Assembly (NCBI GenBank): GCA_028822585.1
Contig: JAPKDL010000005.1
Span: forward strand, 16,528-80,527
Direction: 5' to 3'
Source of the DNA: Alphaproteobacteria bacterium
Lineage (GTDB): Bacteria; Pseudomonadota; Alphaproteobacteria; UBA8366; GCA-2717185
DNA: 64,000 nucleotides
Below, in pieces: positions 9,370 through 18,647 of the stretch. The stretch's first letter is position 1. The number at the start of each line of letters is the position of its first letter. The position numbers and the translations under genes were made by a program. The notes beneath the pieces were generated by a model. The model did not search any database and was not told the DNA's origin. It saw only the letters and a list, made by a program, of their open reading frames with translations.

Positions 9370-9594
9370 CTACGGGCTGTTGAAACAACCGCTCCCCTGT
9401 CCTCGACGGCCCTTGCGGTTACCACCAAAGTAACTCTCGTCAACTTCGATTTCACCGTCAAATAACGCCTCGCCTTCGGCTTCCAGTTCAAGCGCCACTA
9501 TCTCCCGTCAACGCTGGAAATAAGACGCCACCGTTTTGCGATTAACCCCACACAACGCCGCAGCCATTCGCGCCGTCGTGCCGGCAACAAAATG
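9370..9594 (-). pseudogene. IS1595-family (ISXO2-like) transposase fragment with internal stop
   Basis: My minus-strand translation is 'HFVAGTTARMAAALCGVNRKTVASYFQR*REIVALELEAEGEALFDGEIEVDESYFGGNRKGRRGQGSG'. 'EIEVDESYFGG.RKG.RG' is the first-Asp region of IS1595 DDE transposases. The fragment is bounded by stops on both sides, has an internal TGA at 9508..9510, and lacks the rest of the DDE domain. Confidence 0.7.
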
Positions 9595-9675
9595 CTAGGC
9601 AGGCGGGCCTAGTTAATGCTTACAAGCGGAGCCTACCCTATTCTCACACCATCCAATGTAGTACCTAACCAGCTT

Positions 9676-9847
9676 TATCTGGGACAGCAGCTAATAATAT
9701 TAGGCCGCGCCAACGCGGACTCCAGCAAGCCTTCATCGCGAATACCTTCAGCACACCATGTTCGGCAATTTGTTCAGCATGTATCACGAGATATGGCGCA
9801 TCGATTTCGCAACCTCGATTGGTGCAAAGTGTTGCATAATGCACCAA
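9676..9847 (-). pseudogene. Doc (death-on-curing, Fic-fold) toxin N-terminal fragment, frameshifted and truncated
   Basis: One minus-strand frame reads '...YLVIHAEQIAEHG'. After a 1-nt shift it continues 'AEGIRDEGLLESALARPNII'. 'GIRD.GLLESAL.RP' is the conserved Doc N-terminal motif. The Fic-motif half of the protein is absent. Confidence 0.55.
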
Positions 9848-9906
9848 ATGTTAATAACACCTCGCTATAGAGTGAATGCGAACGCCTCTTCGATTTTATT
9901 GGGCGC

Positions 9907-11820
9907 TTGCTGACGGTTTTAAAATACCCAACCCCTTGTGGAGATTCAGTCGTGCGAAATTCAAAAACGGTTCTTTTCGACAACAACCCTGGTCGCAATG
10001 CGCAGACGGTTGGCATTGCGCGGGAACTAGGCACGGATATTGACCTTATTCATGAACCTTCGATTGGCGTGATTGGCAACAAAGGCGATTCCCAATGTTA
10101 TTTGGGCGTCCAGAAAAAGGTCGAAGTCATCCATGAACGCCTGCGACAAAAAATGGGCCGCGGTGCAGATCAGATGCCCATGCGGTTGGTGCAGCCGGAA
10201 TATACCGTCGCGACCTCGGACGGGATGCGCAACGGCACGCGCGAAATGCGCTACTCTTTGATTGGCCGCGAAGTGACCCACGACACGGTTTGCGAACATT
10301 TAAGCGCCAGTGGCCTTGAAGGAACCGTCGCCGTAGTTGCGTGCGACAAGCCGCCGGTCGGCACCTTATCCGCCATCCTGGAACATGACCGGCCCGCCAT
10401 CATCATGTCCGATGGCCCCATTCGCCCCGGTGTGGATTCCACCACTAATGAGCCCATCGATATCATTTCCGGCTTTCAAATCGCGGGCAGCGACGATGAG
10501 GAGCTGAAAAAACGCATCGCTTGCGAGGCCTGCCCCGGTTATGGCAGTTGCGGCGGCATGTTCACCTACAACACCATGCAGACCTTTATTGCGGTCGTCG
10601 GCATGGAGCCGTTGCATATGGTTTCGCCACCGTCGGACGATGCGCGGCGGTTGGACCAATTTCCCGACGAGCTCGTGTCCTATTTGAACGGCATGATCGA
10701 CGCCGATCTGACGCCCCGGAAAATTGTCAGCCGCGACTCTATCCGCAATGCGATGATTGTCGCTTTGGCGGTCGGCGGATCAACAAATGTACTGCTGCAT
10801 GGTCCGGAAATAGCGCGCGCCGCCGGATATGGCGATTTCTCCAGGGACATCATGTCGCCGGAAGAATTCAACCACCTGTCCCAAAACGTGGTGCCGGTCT
10901 TGGTCGACGCCCGTCCCTTTGGCCATTATTCGATGGTCGATATCGACGAAAAAGGCGGCATACAGGTAATCGTCAAGGAACTGCTGGACGCCGGATTGCT
11001 GAACGGCAATACGATGACCTGCACCGGTGAGACCTTGGCCCAACAGGTGGCGCGCCTCGATCCCCCCACCCCCGATGGCGAGGTTATCTATACGGTCGAA
11101 AACCCCTACAAGCCGACCGGCGGTTTGCGGGTGTTGGGCGGCAATCTATCGCCGGAATTCAGCGCCGTGCTGAAACTGGCGGGCGTTGAAGGCGGCCTTG
11201 AAGACAATGTGTTTGTCGGCAAGGCGCGGATATTCGACAGTGAAAGCGACTTACTCCAATCGCTGGAAAATGAACCCCAAATCTTTGGCAACCACGATAT
11301 GGTCATCGTGCGCTACGAAGGCCCCAGCGGCGCGCCGGGGATGCCGGAAATGCTCGACTCCACTTCCCGGATCACAACGCTGTGCCGAGAAAAGAATATT
11401 ATCGTCGGCCTAATGACGGACGCCCGGTTTTCTGGCGGGTCGGTCGGGCTGGTAATCGGGCATGTCGGCCCCGAAGCCGCCCTTGGCGGGCCCATCGCGT
11501 TTTTGGAAGATGGCGATGAAATTGTTGTGGATTTGAACGCCAATGAGCTCAACTGCACTGAGCTATCCGACGGCGCGACCGTAGCTGAACGAAAAGCTGC
11601 CTGGCAGAAAATTGTCGCCGCCAATGGCGGCATGCACCACTCTGTTGGCATTGCGGACACCCGTTTGCTCAATCGGATGCGGCGGTCGGCTGTGTCGGCT
11701 ATTTACGGCGCGGGCATGCATCCGGACCGGGAGCTTTGGGTCAGTGAACCAAGAGAGCCGGTCAAAACAACGTTCATACCGACAAACAAATTTCGCGCGG
11801 CATCCGGTAAGGCTTTCTAG
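9907..11820 (+). CDS. IlvD/Edd family dehydratase (dihydroxy-acid / sugar-acid dehydratase)
   Basis: 637 aa. It carries 'VVACDKPPVG', 'GYGSCGGMFTYNTMQ', 'GGSTNVLLH' and 'TDARFSGGS'. The true start is uncertain; GTG 9951 is also possible. Confidence 0.8.
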   Translation: MLTVLKYPTPCGDSVVRNSKTVLFDNNPGRNAQTVGIARELGTDIDLIHEPSIGVIGNKGDSQCYLGVQKKVEVIHERLRQKMGRGADQMPMRLVQPEYTVATSDGMRNGTREMRYSLIGREVTHDTVCEHLSASGLEGTVAVVACDKPPVGTLSAILEHDRPAIIMSDGPIRPGVDSTTNEPIDIISGFQIAGSDDEELKKRIACEACPGYGSCGGMFTYNTMQTFIAVVGMEPLHMVSPPSDDARRLDQFPDELVSYLNGMIDADLTPRKIVSRDSIRNAMIVALAVGGSTNVLLHGPEIARAAGYGDFSRDIMSPEEFNHLSQNVVPVLVDARPFGHYSMVDIDEKGGIQVIVKELLDAGLLNGNTMTCTGETLAQQVARLDPPTPDGEVIYTVENPYKPTGGLRVLGGNLSPEFSAVLKLAGVEGGLEDNVFVGKARIFDSESDLLQSLENEPQIFGNHDMVIVRYEGPSGAPGMPEMLDSTSRITTLCREKNIIVGLMTDARFSGGSVGLVIGHVGPEAALGGPIAFLEDGDEIVVDLNANELNCTELSDGATVAERKAAWQKIVAANGGMHHSVGIADTRLLNRMRRSAVSAIYGAGMHPDRELWVSEPREPVKTTFIPTNKFRAASGKAF

Positions 11821-11889
11821 TGTCCTTTAAAACGTCACGCCGAACAACAATACTGGAGATCATTTTTAAATCCGTACAGGAGCTAAGCG

Positions 11890-12660
11890 ATGTCTAAGGC
11901 AGTCGTTGGCGTCATCGGGTCCAAGTATCAGGTTGATGGCCGCTTCGCCTCGCAGCGGGTTGGCGAGCGGAATCTTCGCGCCGTGGCCGATGTGGCCGAG
12001 GCGTTGCCAATTATCTTCGCTGGCTCACCTGAGATAACGGATATCGGCGCGCTTTTGGATGTCGTCGATGGCGTACTGCTGACCGGCGCGCGGGCGAATG
12101 TACACCCGTCCCATTTCGGCGTAGACGCTCATCCTAGTCATGAACCCTACGACGAAAGCCGGGACGAAGTGGCGTTGGAACTGACACGAGCTTGCGTGGA
12201 ACAGAGCATTCCAATTTTCGGCGTCTGCCGTGGCTTTCAGGAAATAAATGTCGCCTTCGGGAGTTCCTTGCATCCGGAAATTCGGGACCTGCCAGGGCGC
12301 ATGAACCACCGGGCGCCACGGTTGGAATCAGGCGAGATGCATCCCGACCCGGAAGTCGTGTTCGCGGACCGCCATGACATCAATCTGGTGTCCGGCGGCG
12401 TCTTCGCAAACCTTTTTGGCTGCGAGACCATTCGCGTCAACTCGCTCCATGGTCAGGGCGTCTCCAAACTCGGCGACCGCGTTGTCGTGGAAGGCGTGGC
12501 CGAGGACAGCACCGTTGAAGCGATTCGGATCGCCGACGCGCCGGGATTCGCCCTAGGCGTTCAATGGCACGCCGAGTATGATCCACAAAGCAATCCTATA
12601 AATCGCGCTTTGTTTAAAGCCTTTGGCGAAGCGTTGTCCGAGTATAAACGCTCGAAGTAA
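11890..12660 (+). CDS. Gamma-glutamyl-GABA hydrolase (PuuD)-like class I glutamine amidotransferase / peptidase C26
   Basis: 256 aa. 'IFGVCRGFQEINVAFGSSL' is the nucleophile-Cys elbow, and 'GVQWHAEY' is also present. Confidence 0.75.
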   Translation: MSKAVVGVIGSKYQVDGRFASQRVGERNLRAVADVAEALPIIFAGSPEITDIGALLDVVDGVLLTGARANVHPSHFGVDAHPSHEPYDESRDEVALELTRACVEQSIPIFGVCRGFQEINVAFGSSLHPEIRDLPGRMNHRAPRLESGEMHPDPEVVFADRHDINLVSGGVFANLFGCETIRVNSLHGQGVSKLGDRVVVEGVAEDSTVEAIRIADAPGFALGVQWHAEYDPQSNPINRALFKAFGEALSEYKRSK

Positions 12661-12712
12661 TATTCTAGGTCAACGGCGATTTCGCCCCGACCTGCATGCT
12701 GAAAGAAAAACC

Positions 12713-14848
12713 ATGACCGTATTCGAAGGCGTCGTTCCGGCGCTCGATCAGGCATTGCAAAAACGGGGTTACGACACCTTAACCCCCGTGCAGGAATCGA
12801 TGCGGGATCCAAAACTCGTCAGCGCCGATTTACTGGTGTCGGCACAGACAGGATCCGGCAAGACCGTCGCATTTGGAATATCTCTAGCCCCCACATTATT
12901 GGACGGCGCGGACCGATTTTCCCGTGGGTCGGCGCCTCTGGCGCTGGTGGTGGCACCCACACGGGAACTTGCGTTGCAGGTCAAGCGTGAACTGGAATGG
13001 CTGTACGCGATTACGGGCGCTTCCATTGCGTCCTGCGTCGGTGGTATGGACATGCGCACCGAACGCCGCACGCTGGACCGGGGGGCGCATATCGTCGTCG
13101 GCACGCCAGGACGGTTGCGTGATCACATTGAGCGCGGGTCGCTGGACACGACAGCGTTCAAAGCAATTGTATTGGACGAAGCCGACGAGATGCTGGATCT
13201 CGGCTTCCGCGACGATTTGGAATACATCCTGGACGCCACGCCATCGGACCGGCGCACCTTGATGTTTTCGGCCACGGTACCGCGCGGCATTGCTAATCTG
13301 GCCAAGCGCTACCAAAAAAATGCAGTGCGCGTCGCAACTACATCGGAACGCGAACAACATGGCGACATCGAATACCGCGCCCTGACCGTTGCGCCCAACG
13401 ACCGGGAAAACGCGATAATCAATGTACTGCGATATTTCGAGGCACCAAGCGCACTGGTGTTTTGCGCCACCCGCGCCACCGTCAACCACATGACAAGCCG
13501 CTTTACCAACCGGGGGTTTTCCGTCGTAGCGCTGTCCGGCGAGTTGAGTCAGAACGAACGCACCCACGCTCTTCAAGCCATGCGAGACGGCCGCGCGCGC
13601 ATCTGTATCGCCACCGATGTCGCGGCGCGCGGCATCGATTTGCCGAATCTGGAATTGGTGATCCACGCTGACATTCCGCGCAACAGCGATACCCTACTGC
13701 ACCGAAGCGGCCGCACCGGGCGCGCCGGACGCAAAGGCGTCTGCGCCTTGATCGTGCCGTATAATTTACGCTCTCGTACCGACCGGTTGTTGCGCGGCGC
13801 CAACGTCACAGCTAAATGGGCCAAGCCGCCCTCAGCCGACGATATTTTGAAACGCGATGATGAACGCATCCTTGCAGACCCCACCCTAAGCGACCCGGTG
13901 ACGGCGGACGAACAGGAATTCGTTCAGGCCATTTTGGCCCAACATGGCGCTGAACAGGTCGCCGCCGCCTTCACCCGATTGTATCGGGCGGGTCGTTCCG
14001 CGCCGGAAGAATTGCTGGACGCCGCGCCTCAGGATCGGCAGCGACAGCAGGCGCCCAAACAGCCAAGGCGCGGCTCGGGCGATGCCGATTTTCCCAACGG
14101 GGTCTGGTTTTCCTTGTCTGTGGGACGCAAGCATACCGCCGAACCCCGCTGGTTGTTGCCAATGTTGTGCCGCGCCGGTCACCTGACCAAACGAGATATT
14201 GGCGCCATAAAAATCCAGGAAGAAGAATCCCATGTAGAGCTGTCCTCCGACAGCGTCGAGCGATTTCTGGAAGCCATCGGGACGGAAGGGGTGATCGAAA
14301 AGAACATTACGATCAAACGCCTGGATAATGCTCCGACGGGAGGTGAACAGGCGGCACCTAAACAGAGTCAAAAACCAACCCAGCAGCCACGCCGCGATCG
14401 GGAGCCAGCGCGAAAGTTCAACCATCAGCCATCTGATCGGAAGGCATCTGACCAGAAACCATCCGACCGTAAGCCATCCGAGTATAAACCTGCGAAGCGT
14501 GCCCAAAAAGAAATAGTGTCCAGCAGGGCACCCGAAACTAAAACCTCTGGAGCCAAAACGTCCGAAGCTGGAGCGTCCGAAGCCAGGACAAATGCAGGCA
14601 AACCCTCAGGCCGTGACACCTCTCACAACAAATCGTCTGAACGAAAACCGTCTGAAGACAAACCTTCGGGTCATAAAAAAGGCTGGGCCAAAGCAAAACC
14701 AAAAGCAAAACCCAGCTTCAAGAAACCGCGCAAGACGATGACGCTGAAAACCGCCAAGCCCCATCCCCAAGCGACCGCCCAAAACGACGGATCGTTTAAA
14801 CCCGGCTGCACGCCGCTAAAACGAAAAAAAATCCGCAAAGACCGATAA
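12713..14848 (+). CDS. DEAD-box ATP-dependent RNA helicase with DbpA-type RNA-binding domain and long basic low-complexity tail
   Basis: Helicase motifs are 'AQTGSGKT', 'VLDEADEML', 'FSATVP' and 'HRSGRTGRAG'. 'GVWFSLSVGRKHTAEPRWLL' is DbpA-like. I took the start at ATG 12713 ('MTVFEG...'), because the track start 12623 overlaps the upstream gene. Confidence 0.85.
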   Translation: MTVFEGVVPALDQALQKRGYDTLTPVQESMRDPKLVSADLLVSAQTGSGKTVAFGISLAPTLLDGADRFSRGSAPLALVVAPTRELALQVKRELEWLYAITGASIASCVGGMDMRTERRTLDRGAHIVVGTPGRLRDHIERGSLDTTAFKAIVLDEADEMLDLGFRDDLEYILDATPSDRRTLMFSATVPRGIANLAKRYQKNAVRVATTSEREQHGDIEYRALTVAPNDRENAIINVLRYFEAPSALVFCATRATVNHMTSRFTNRGFSVVALSGELSQNERTHALQAMRDGRARICIATDVAARGIDLPNLELVIHADIPRNSDTLLHRSGRTGRAGRKGVCALIVPYNLRSRTDRLLRGANVTAKWAKPPSADDILKRDDERILADPTLSDPVTADEQEFVQAILAQHGAEQVAAAFTRLYRAGRSAPEELLDAAPQDRQRQQAPKQPRRGSGDADFPNGVWFSLSVGRKHTAEPRWLLPMLCRAGHLTKRDIGAIKIQEEESHVELSSDSVERFLEAIGTEGVIEKNITIKRLDNAPTGGEQAAPKQSQKPTQQPRRDREPARKFNHQPSDRKASDQKPSDRKPSEYKPAKRAQKEIVSSRAPETKTSGAKTSEAGASEARTNAGKPSGRDTSHNKSSERKPSEDKPSGHKKGWAKAKPKAKPSFKKPRKTMTLKTAKPHPQATAQNDGSFKPGCTPLKRKKIRKDR
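14429..14488 (+). repeat. Four imperfect in-frame 15-nt tandem repeats encoding (P/A)S(D/E)xK pentapeptides in the helicase tail
   Basis: The units are ccatctgatcggaag, gcatctgaccagaaa, ccatccgaccgtaag and ccatccgagtataaa. They encode PSDRK-ASDQK-PSDRK-PSEYK. Confidence 0.7.
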
Positions 14849-14867
14849 CGCCAAGAATGGCGTCGGT

Positions 14868-16553
14868 CTAATCTCCGCCTCCATAGTATTCCGCCAGATA
14901 TGCCGCGCTGAATTTTTCGCTGCGCCGATCTTCCTCGACATGTTGAGGGTCGCGTTTCGACGGTTTGCCATAACCGCCAGCGCCGGGGGTTTCGACCACA
15001 ATTTTTTCGCCCGGCCCAACGCGGATGCCCGCCGGTTTAATTTCCAACTGGACTGCCGCACCCTCAACTGCAACATGCTGAAAGTGACCCGAAGCGCCCG
15101 GCGCGCCGCCAAAAATACCCCAGGGCTGGTTGCGGAACCGTTCCCCCGCGCCGTTGAAGTCACAAGTATGGCCGACCGTTGATATGACCCGGCGCAGTCC
15201 CATGCCACCGCGAAATTCCCCAGCCCCGCCAGAATCTTCTACGAAACCGTAGCTTTCAACCAGCAGCGGGTATTCCATTTCGATGGCTTCCACGGGCAGG
15301 TTCGACGTGTTGGTAATGTGCACCTGGACACCGTCTGTACCGTCGCGGTCATTGCGCCCACCAAAACCACCACCCAAGGTTTCCAGGTACAGATATCCCA
15401 CCCCCGTGTTCGGATCGATGCCGGAAAACACCGCCGTCACATTCGCTCCGTTGGAGGCGCCCACGGCGGCGTCAGGCAACGCATCCGCCAGCGCGCCAAT
15501 GATGATGTCGGCAACCCGTTGGCAGGTATTTGCGCGGGCGGCGACTGTCGCCGGAGCAACACAATCCAGCAACGTTCCCTTTTCCGTCGTAATTTTACAC
15601 ACGTCCAATACCCCCTGATTGTTGGGAATATCCGGATCGACCAGCGCCTTCAGAGAATAACATACCGATGCCTGGGTCGCATTGTCGGTCAAATTTATAT
15701 TGCCCAGAACCTGTGGCGATGTGCCGGTGAAATCGAAATGGATTTGGTCTCCTGCTTTTTCAATGCGCAATTTTATGGGAATATCAATAGCGCCCAATCC
15801 ATCGTCGTCCATCACGTCCTCGAAGATGTATTCGCCATCAGGAATCGTTGCGATGGCGGCGCGCATACGTCGCTCCGTTCGGACGACAATGTCTTTAAAT
15901 GCGACGCGCACCACGTCATTTCCGTAGGTGCCAGTAATTTCAGCCAACCGCCGTGCGCCCAACCGGCAGGACGCAATCTGAGCGTAATAATCGCCGCGGC
16001 GTTCTTCGGGCAGGCGGACATTCAACAAGATTAAATCCAGGAGATCCTGTTGCAGTTCGCCTTTGCGGAACAATTTCAGCACAGGAATACGGAGGCCTTC
16101 CTGATAAATTTCCGACATGCCGCCCGCCATCGACCCCGGCGCCATACCGCCGATATCTGCGTGGTGCGCGATATTGCAGACAAAGGCGATGATTTCACCT
16201 TCCGAAAACACCGGCATCGCCATGTTAACGTCGGGCAGATGCGTGCCACCAGCGACATGAGGGTCATTGGCTATGAACAAATCGCCGTCTTCAATCTCGT
16301 TGAGTGGGTATTTCAACAACAAACATTTCATCAGGCCAATCATCGAGGCTAAATGAATCGGCAGGGAATTTTCCGCCTGAACAATCAAACCGCCGCGCAC
16401 ATCACATATTGCCGTGGAGTGATCTCGACGTTCCTTGATGTTGGTCGAATAGGCGCTGCGCATCAGCGCTATATAAGTCTCGTCAGTGACGGAGCGCAGC
16501 GCATTGAACAAAATTTCAAGCGTAATTGAATCAAGTGTGGGTGAGGTGCTCAT
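14868..16553 (-). CDS. hyuB: Hydantoinase B/oxoprolinase family protein (pair 1, beta)
   Basis: 561 aa with 'FIANDPHVAGGTHLPDVN'. Its start overlaps the stop of the upstream A subunit by 4 nt. Confidence 0.8.
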   Translation of the reverse strand: MSTSPTLDSITLEILFNALRSVTDETYIALMRSAYSTNIKERRDHSTAICDVRGGLIVQAENSLPIHLASMIGLMKCLLLKYPLNEIEDGDLFIANDPHVAGGTHLPDVNMAMPVFSEGEIIAFVCNIAHHADIGGMAPGSMAGGMSEIYQEGLRIPVLKLFRKGELQQDLLDLILLNVRLPEERRGDYYAQIASCRLGARRLAEITGTYGNDVVRVAFKDIVVRTERRMRAAIATIPDGEYIFEDVMDDDGLGAIDIPIKLRIEKAGDQIHFDFTGTSPQVLGNINLTDNATQASVCYSLKALVDPDIPNNQGVLDVCKITTEKGTLLDCVAPATVAARANTCQRVADIIIGALADALPDAAVGASNGANVTAVFSGIDPNTGVGYLYLETLGGGFGGRNDRDGTDGVQVHITNTSNLPVEAIEMEYPLLVESYGFVEDSGGAGEFRGGMGLRRVISTVGHTCDFNGAGERFRNQPWGIFGGAPGASGHFQHVAVEGAAVQLEIKPAGIRVGPGEKIVVETPGAGGYGKPSKRDPQHVEEDRRSEKFSAAYLAEYYGGGD

Positions 16554-18616
16554 GGCGCAATCTCAATAATTAGGTTCAATTGGATATCGACAGTGGCGAG
16601 GTCGCCGGGATGCACGACTGTGGTGGTGTCCAGTTGGCCGATAATGGCCGGTCCAGCGATGGCGTCGCCCGCGCGCAACGCGGCGCGATCATAAAGCGGC
16701 GTATCGTCAGCATTATCCGCATCGAAATATACCAACCGACGGCCTACCGGCGTAGGATCTCCACCTTCTGAAACTTCGCCAGCTGGCGCCTCATCTGGTT
16801 TACGAAGCCGCCCCCGCGCGGTCAGGCGGAAATTGACCACCTCCACCGGGTCATCGGGATTATGAAAGCCATAGCTCTGTTCGTGCGCTTCAAAGAATAA
16901 TTTTTTCATGCGTGCAACATCCGGCAAATGTAGCGCCCGCTCTGCGCCCTCAACCTGATCGACAGCGACGCCCAATTCAAAATTCTGCCCGACATAGCGC
17001 ATGTCGATGACAAGATCGAGACGACGCGCGTCCGGTTCAACGCCTTCATCGGCAAACCACGCCGCCGCGTCTTTCGCCAGTCCTTCCACACGCCCGGCCA
17101 TTTCAGCAACGGCATCATCTGCCACAAGGGTCCGGGCACTGGCGACAAAATTTTCCTTTAAATCGGACACGACTAACCCTTGCGCGCACAAAATTCCTGG
17201 CGCGGCGGGCACGATAACTTGCCCAACGCCCAGCGCCCGCGCCACGTCGACCGCATGCAACGGTCCCGCCCCGCCAAGCGGCATTAATGCGAAACGCCGG
17301 GGATCATGACCACGTTCAATGGAGATCACCCGGATCGCGCGCACCATATTGGCTACAACTATGCCCAACACCCCATGCGCCGTGCGTTCAACCGTATACC
17401 CCAACTGATCCGCCAAAGGCCGCAACGCATTGGTCGCAGCCACCTTATCCAGCCCCATGGAGCCGCCCAACAGACCGTCTTCGGACAAGCGCCCCAGAAC
17501 AAGATTGGCGTCCGATACGGTCGGCTCGGTTCCCCCCATGCCATAACACGCAGGTCCGGGGTCAGCCCCGGCGCTGGCCGGGCCCACCTTCAACAACCCG
17601 TCGCGGTCGAACCAGGCGATGGACCCGCCGCCGGCCCCCACCGTGTGGACATCGACCATCGGCAAACGGATCGGGAATTCCGCAATGCTTTGGTCGAAAT
17701 TAACGCTCGCCTCGCCATTGCGGATCAAACAGACATCGGCGCTGGTGCCGCCCATATCCAGCGTCACCACATCGGGTCGACCTGCGGCGCGTCCAATATG
17801 CCCTGCCCCCACGACGCCCGCCGCCGGACCGGACAGCGCGGTGCGGATTGGATAAACGCAGGCGCGGTCCGCCGACATCAACCCGCCGCTAGATTGGTTG
17901 ATTCCCAATTTTGCATCCGGTGCCAACGTCGATAGTTCGTCCTGAAGAAACGTCATGTAGCGACTGACCAACGGCTGCAAATAGGCGTTCAGTACGGTGG
18001 TCGAAAAGCGTTCGTATTCGCGAAATTCCGGCTGCACATCTGACGATAATGACACGTCTACGCCCGGCACCGCTTTGCGCAACGCCACGCCGATACGGTT
18101 TTCATGTTCGGGGTTCACGAACGCGAACAGCAAACACACTGCAACGGCTTTTACGTCAGCTTCGACAATTTGAGCCACGACCGCATCAATCGCCGCATCG
18201 TCGAGCGGTTTGATCACTTGGCCCTTGGCGCCTATGCGTTCGGAAATTTCAAACCGTTGGTGCCGCGGTGCCAGAGGTTGCGGATAATCCGCCTTCAAGT
18301 CATAGAGTTTGGGTCGAATTTGACGTCCAATTTCCAACAGATCGCGGAACCCTTCGGTGGTGATCAGGGCGACCGGCGTGCCACGTCGCTGGATCAGCGC
18401 GTTGGTAGCCACCGTGGTCCCATGCGCCAACCGTGCGATGGAACCCGGAGCAATCGCCTGGGCCTCGCACAAATCTCGGAGTCCCTGGAGGATAGCCGCG
18501 CCCGGATTGTCCGGCGTGGAGGGCGTTTTGTGGACACAACACCGCCCTGACGCATCATCGAAGGCGAAAAAATCCGTGAACGTACCGCCAACGTCACATC
18601 CAACATACCAAGCCAT
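16550..18616 (-). CDS. hyuA: Hydantoinase A/oxoprolinase family protein (pair 1, alpha)
   Basis: 'WYVGCDVGGTFTDFF' is the N-terminal ATPase motif, and 'LDMGGTSADV' is also present. I chose ATG 18616 ('MAWYVG'), which has AAGGA upstream. The track start 18682 would overlap the previous gene. Confidence 0.8.
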   Translation of the reverse strand: MAWYVGCDVGGTFTDFFAFDDASGRCCVHKTPSTPDNPGAAILQGLRDLCEAQAIAPGSIARLAHGTTVATNALIQRRGTPVALITTEGFRDLLEIGRQIRPKLYDLKADYPQPLAPRHQRFEISERIGAKGQVIKPLDDAAIDAVVAQIVEADVKAVAVCLLFAFVNPEHENRIGVALRKAVPGVDVSLSSDVQPEFREYERFSTTVLNAYLQPLVSRYMTFLQDELSTLAPDAKLGINQSSGGLMSADRACVYPIRTALSGPAAGVVGAGHIGRAAGRPDVVTLDMGGTSADVCLIRNGEASVNFDQSIAEFPIRLPMVDVHTVGAGGGSIAWFDRDGLLKVGPASAGADPGPACYGMGGTEPTVSDANLVLGRLSEDGLLGGSMGLDKVAATNALRPLADQLGYTVERTAHGVLGIVVANMVRAIRVISIERGHDPRRFALMPLGGAGPLHAVDVARALGVGQVIVPAAPGILCAQGLVVSDLKENFVASARTLVADDAVAEMAGRVEGLAKDAAAWFADEGVEPDARRLDLVIDMRYVGQNFELGVAVDQVEGAERALHLPDVARMKKLFFEAHEQSYGFHNPDDPVEVVNFRLTARGRLRKPDEAPAGEVSEGGDPTPVGRRLVYFDADNADDTPLYDRAALRAGDAIAGPAIIGQLDTTTVVHPGDLATVDIQLNLIIEIAP

Positions 18617-18647
18617 TCGTTTTCCTTTAAAGCTACATACGCTTGAT

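Noticed and set aside
9907-9950. An atypical N-terminus or first Fe-S cysteine context ('GDSQCYLG') of the IlvD/Edd-family protein as evidence of a novel subfamily.
   Set aside because: I cannot judge subfamily-level variation by eye. The remaining signature motifs are canonical, and the start codon itself is uncertain next to the mobile-element scar.
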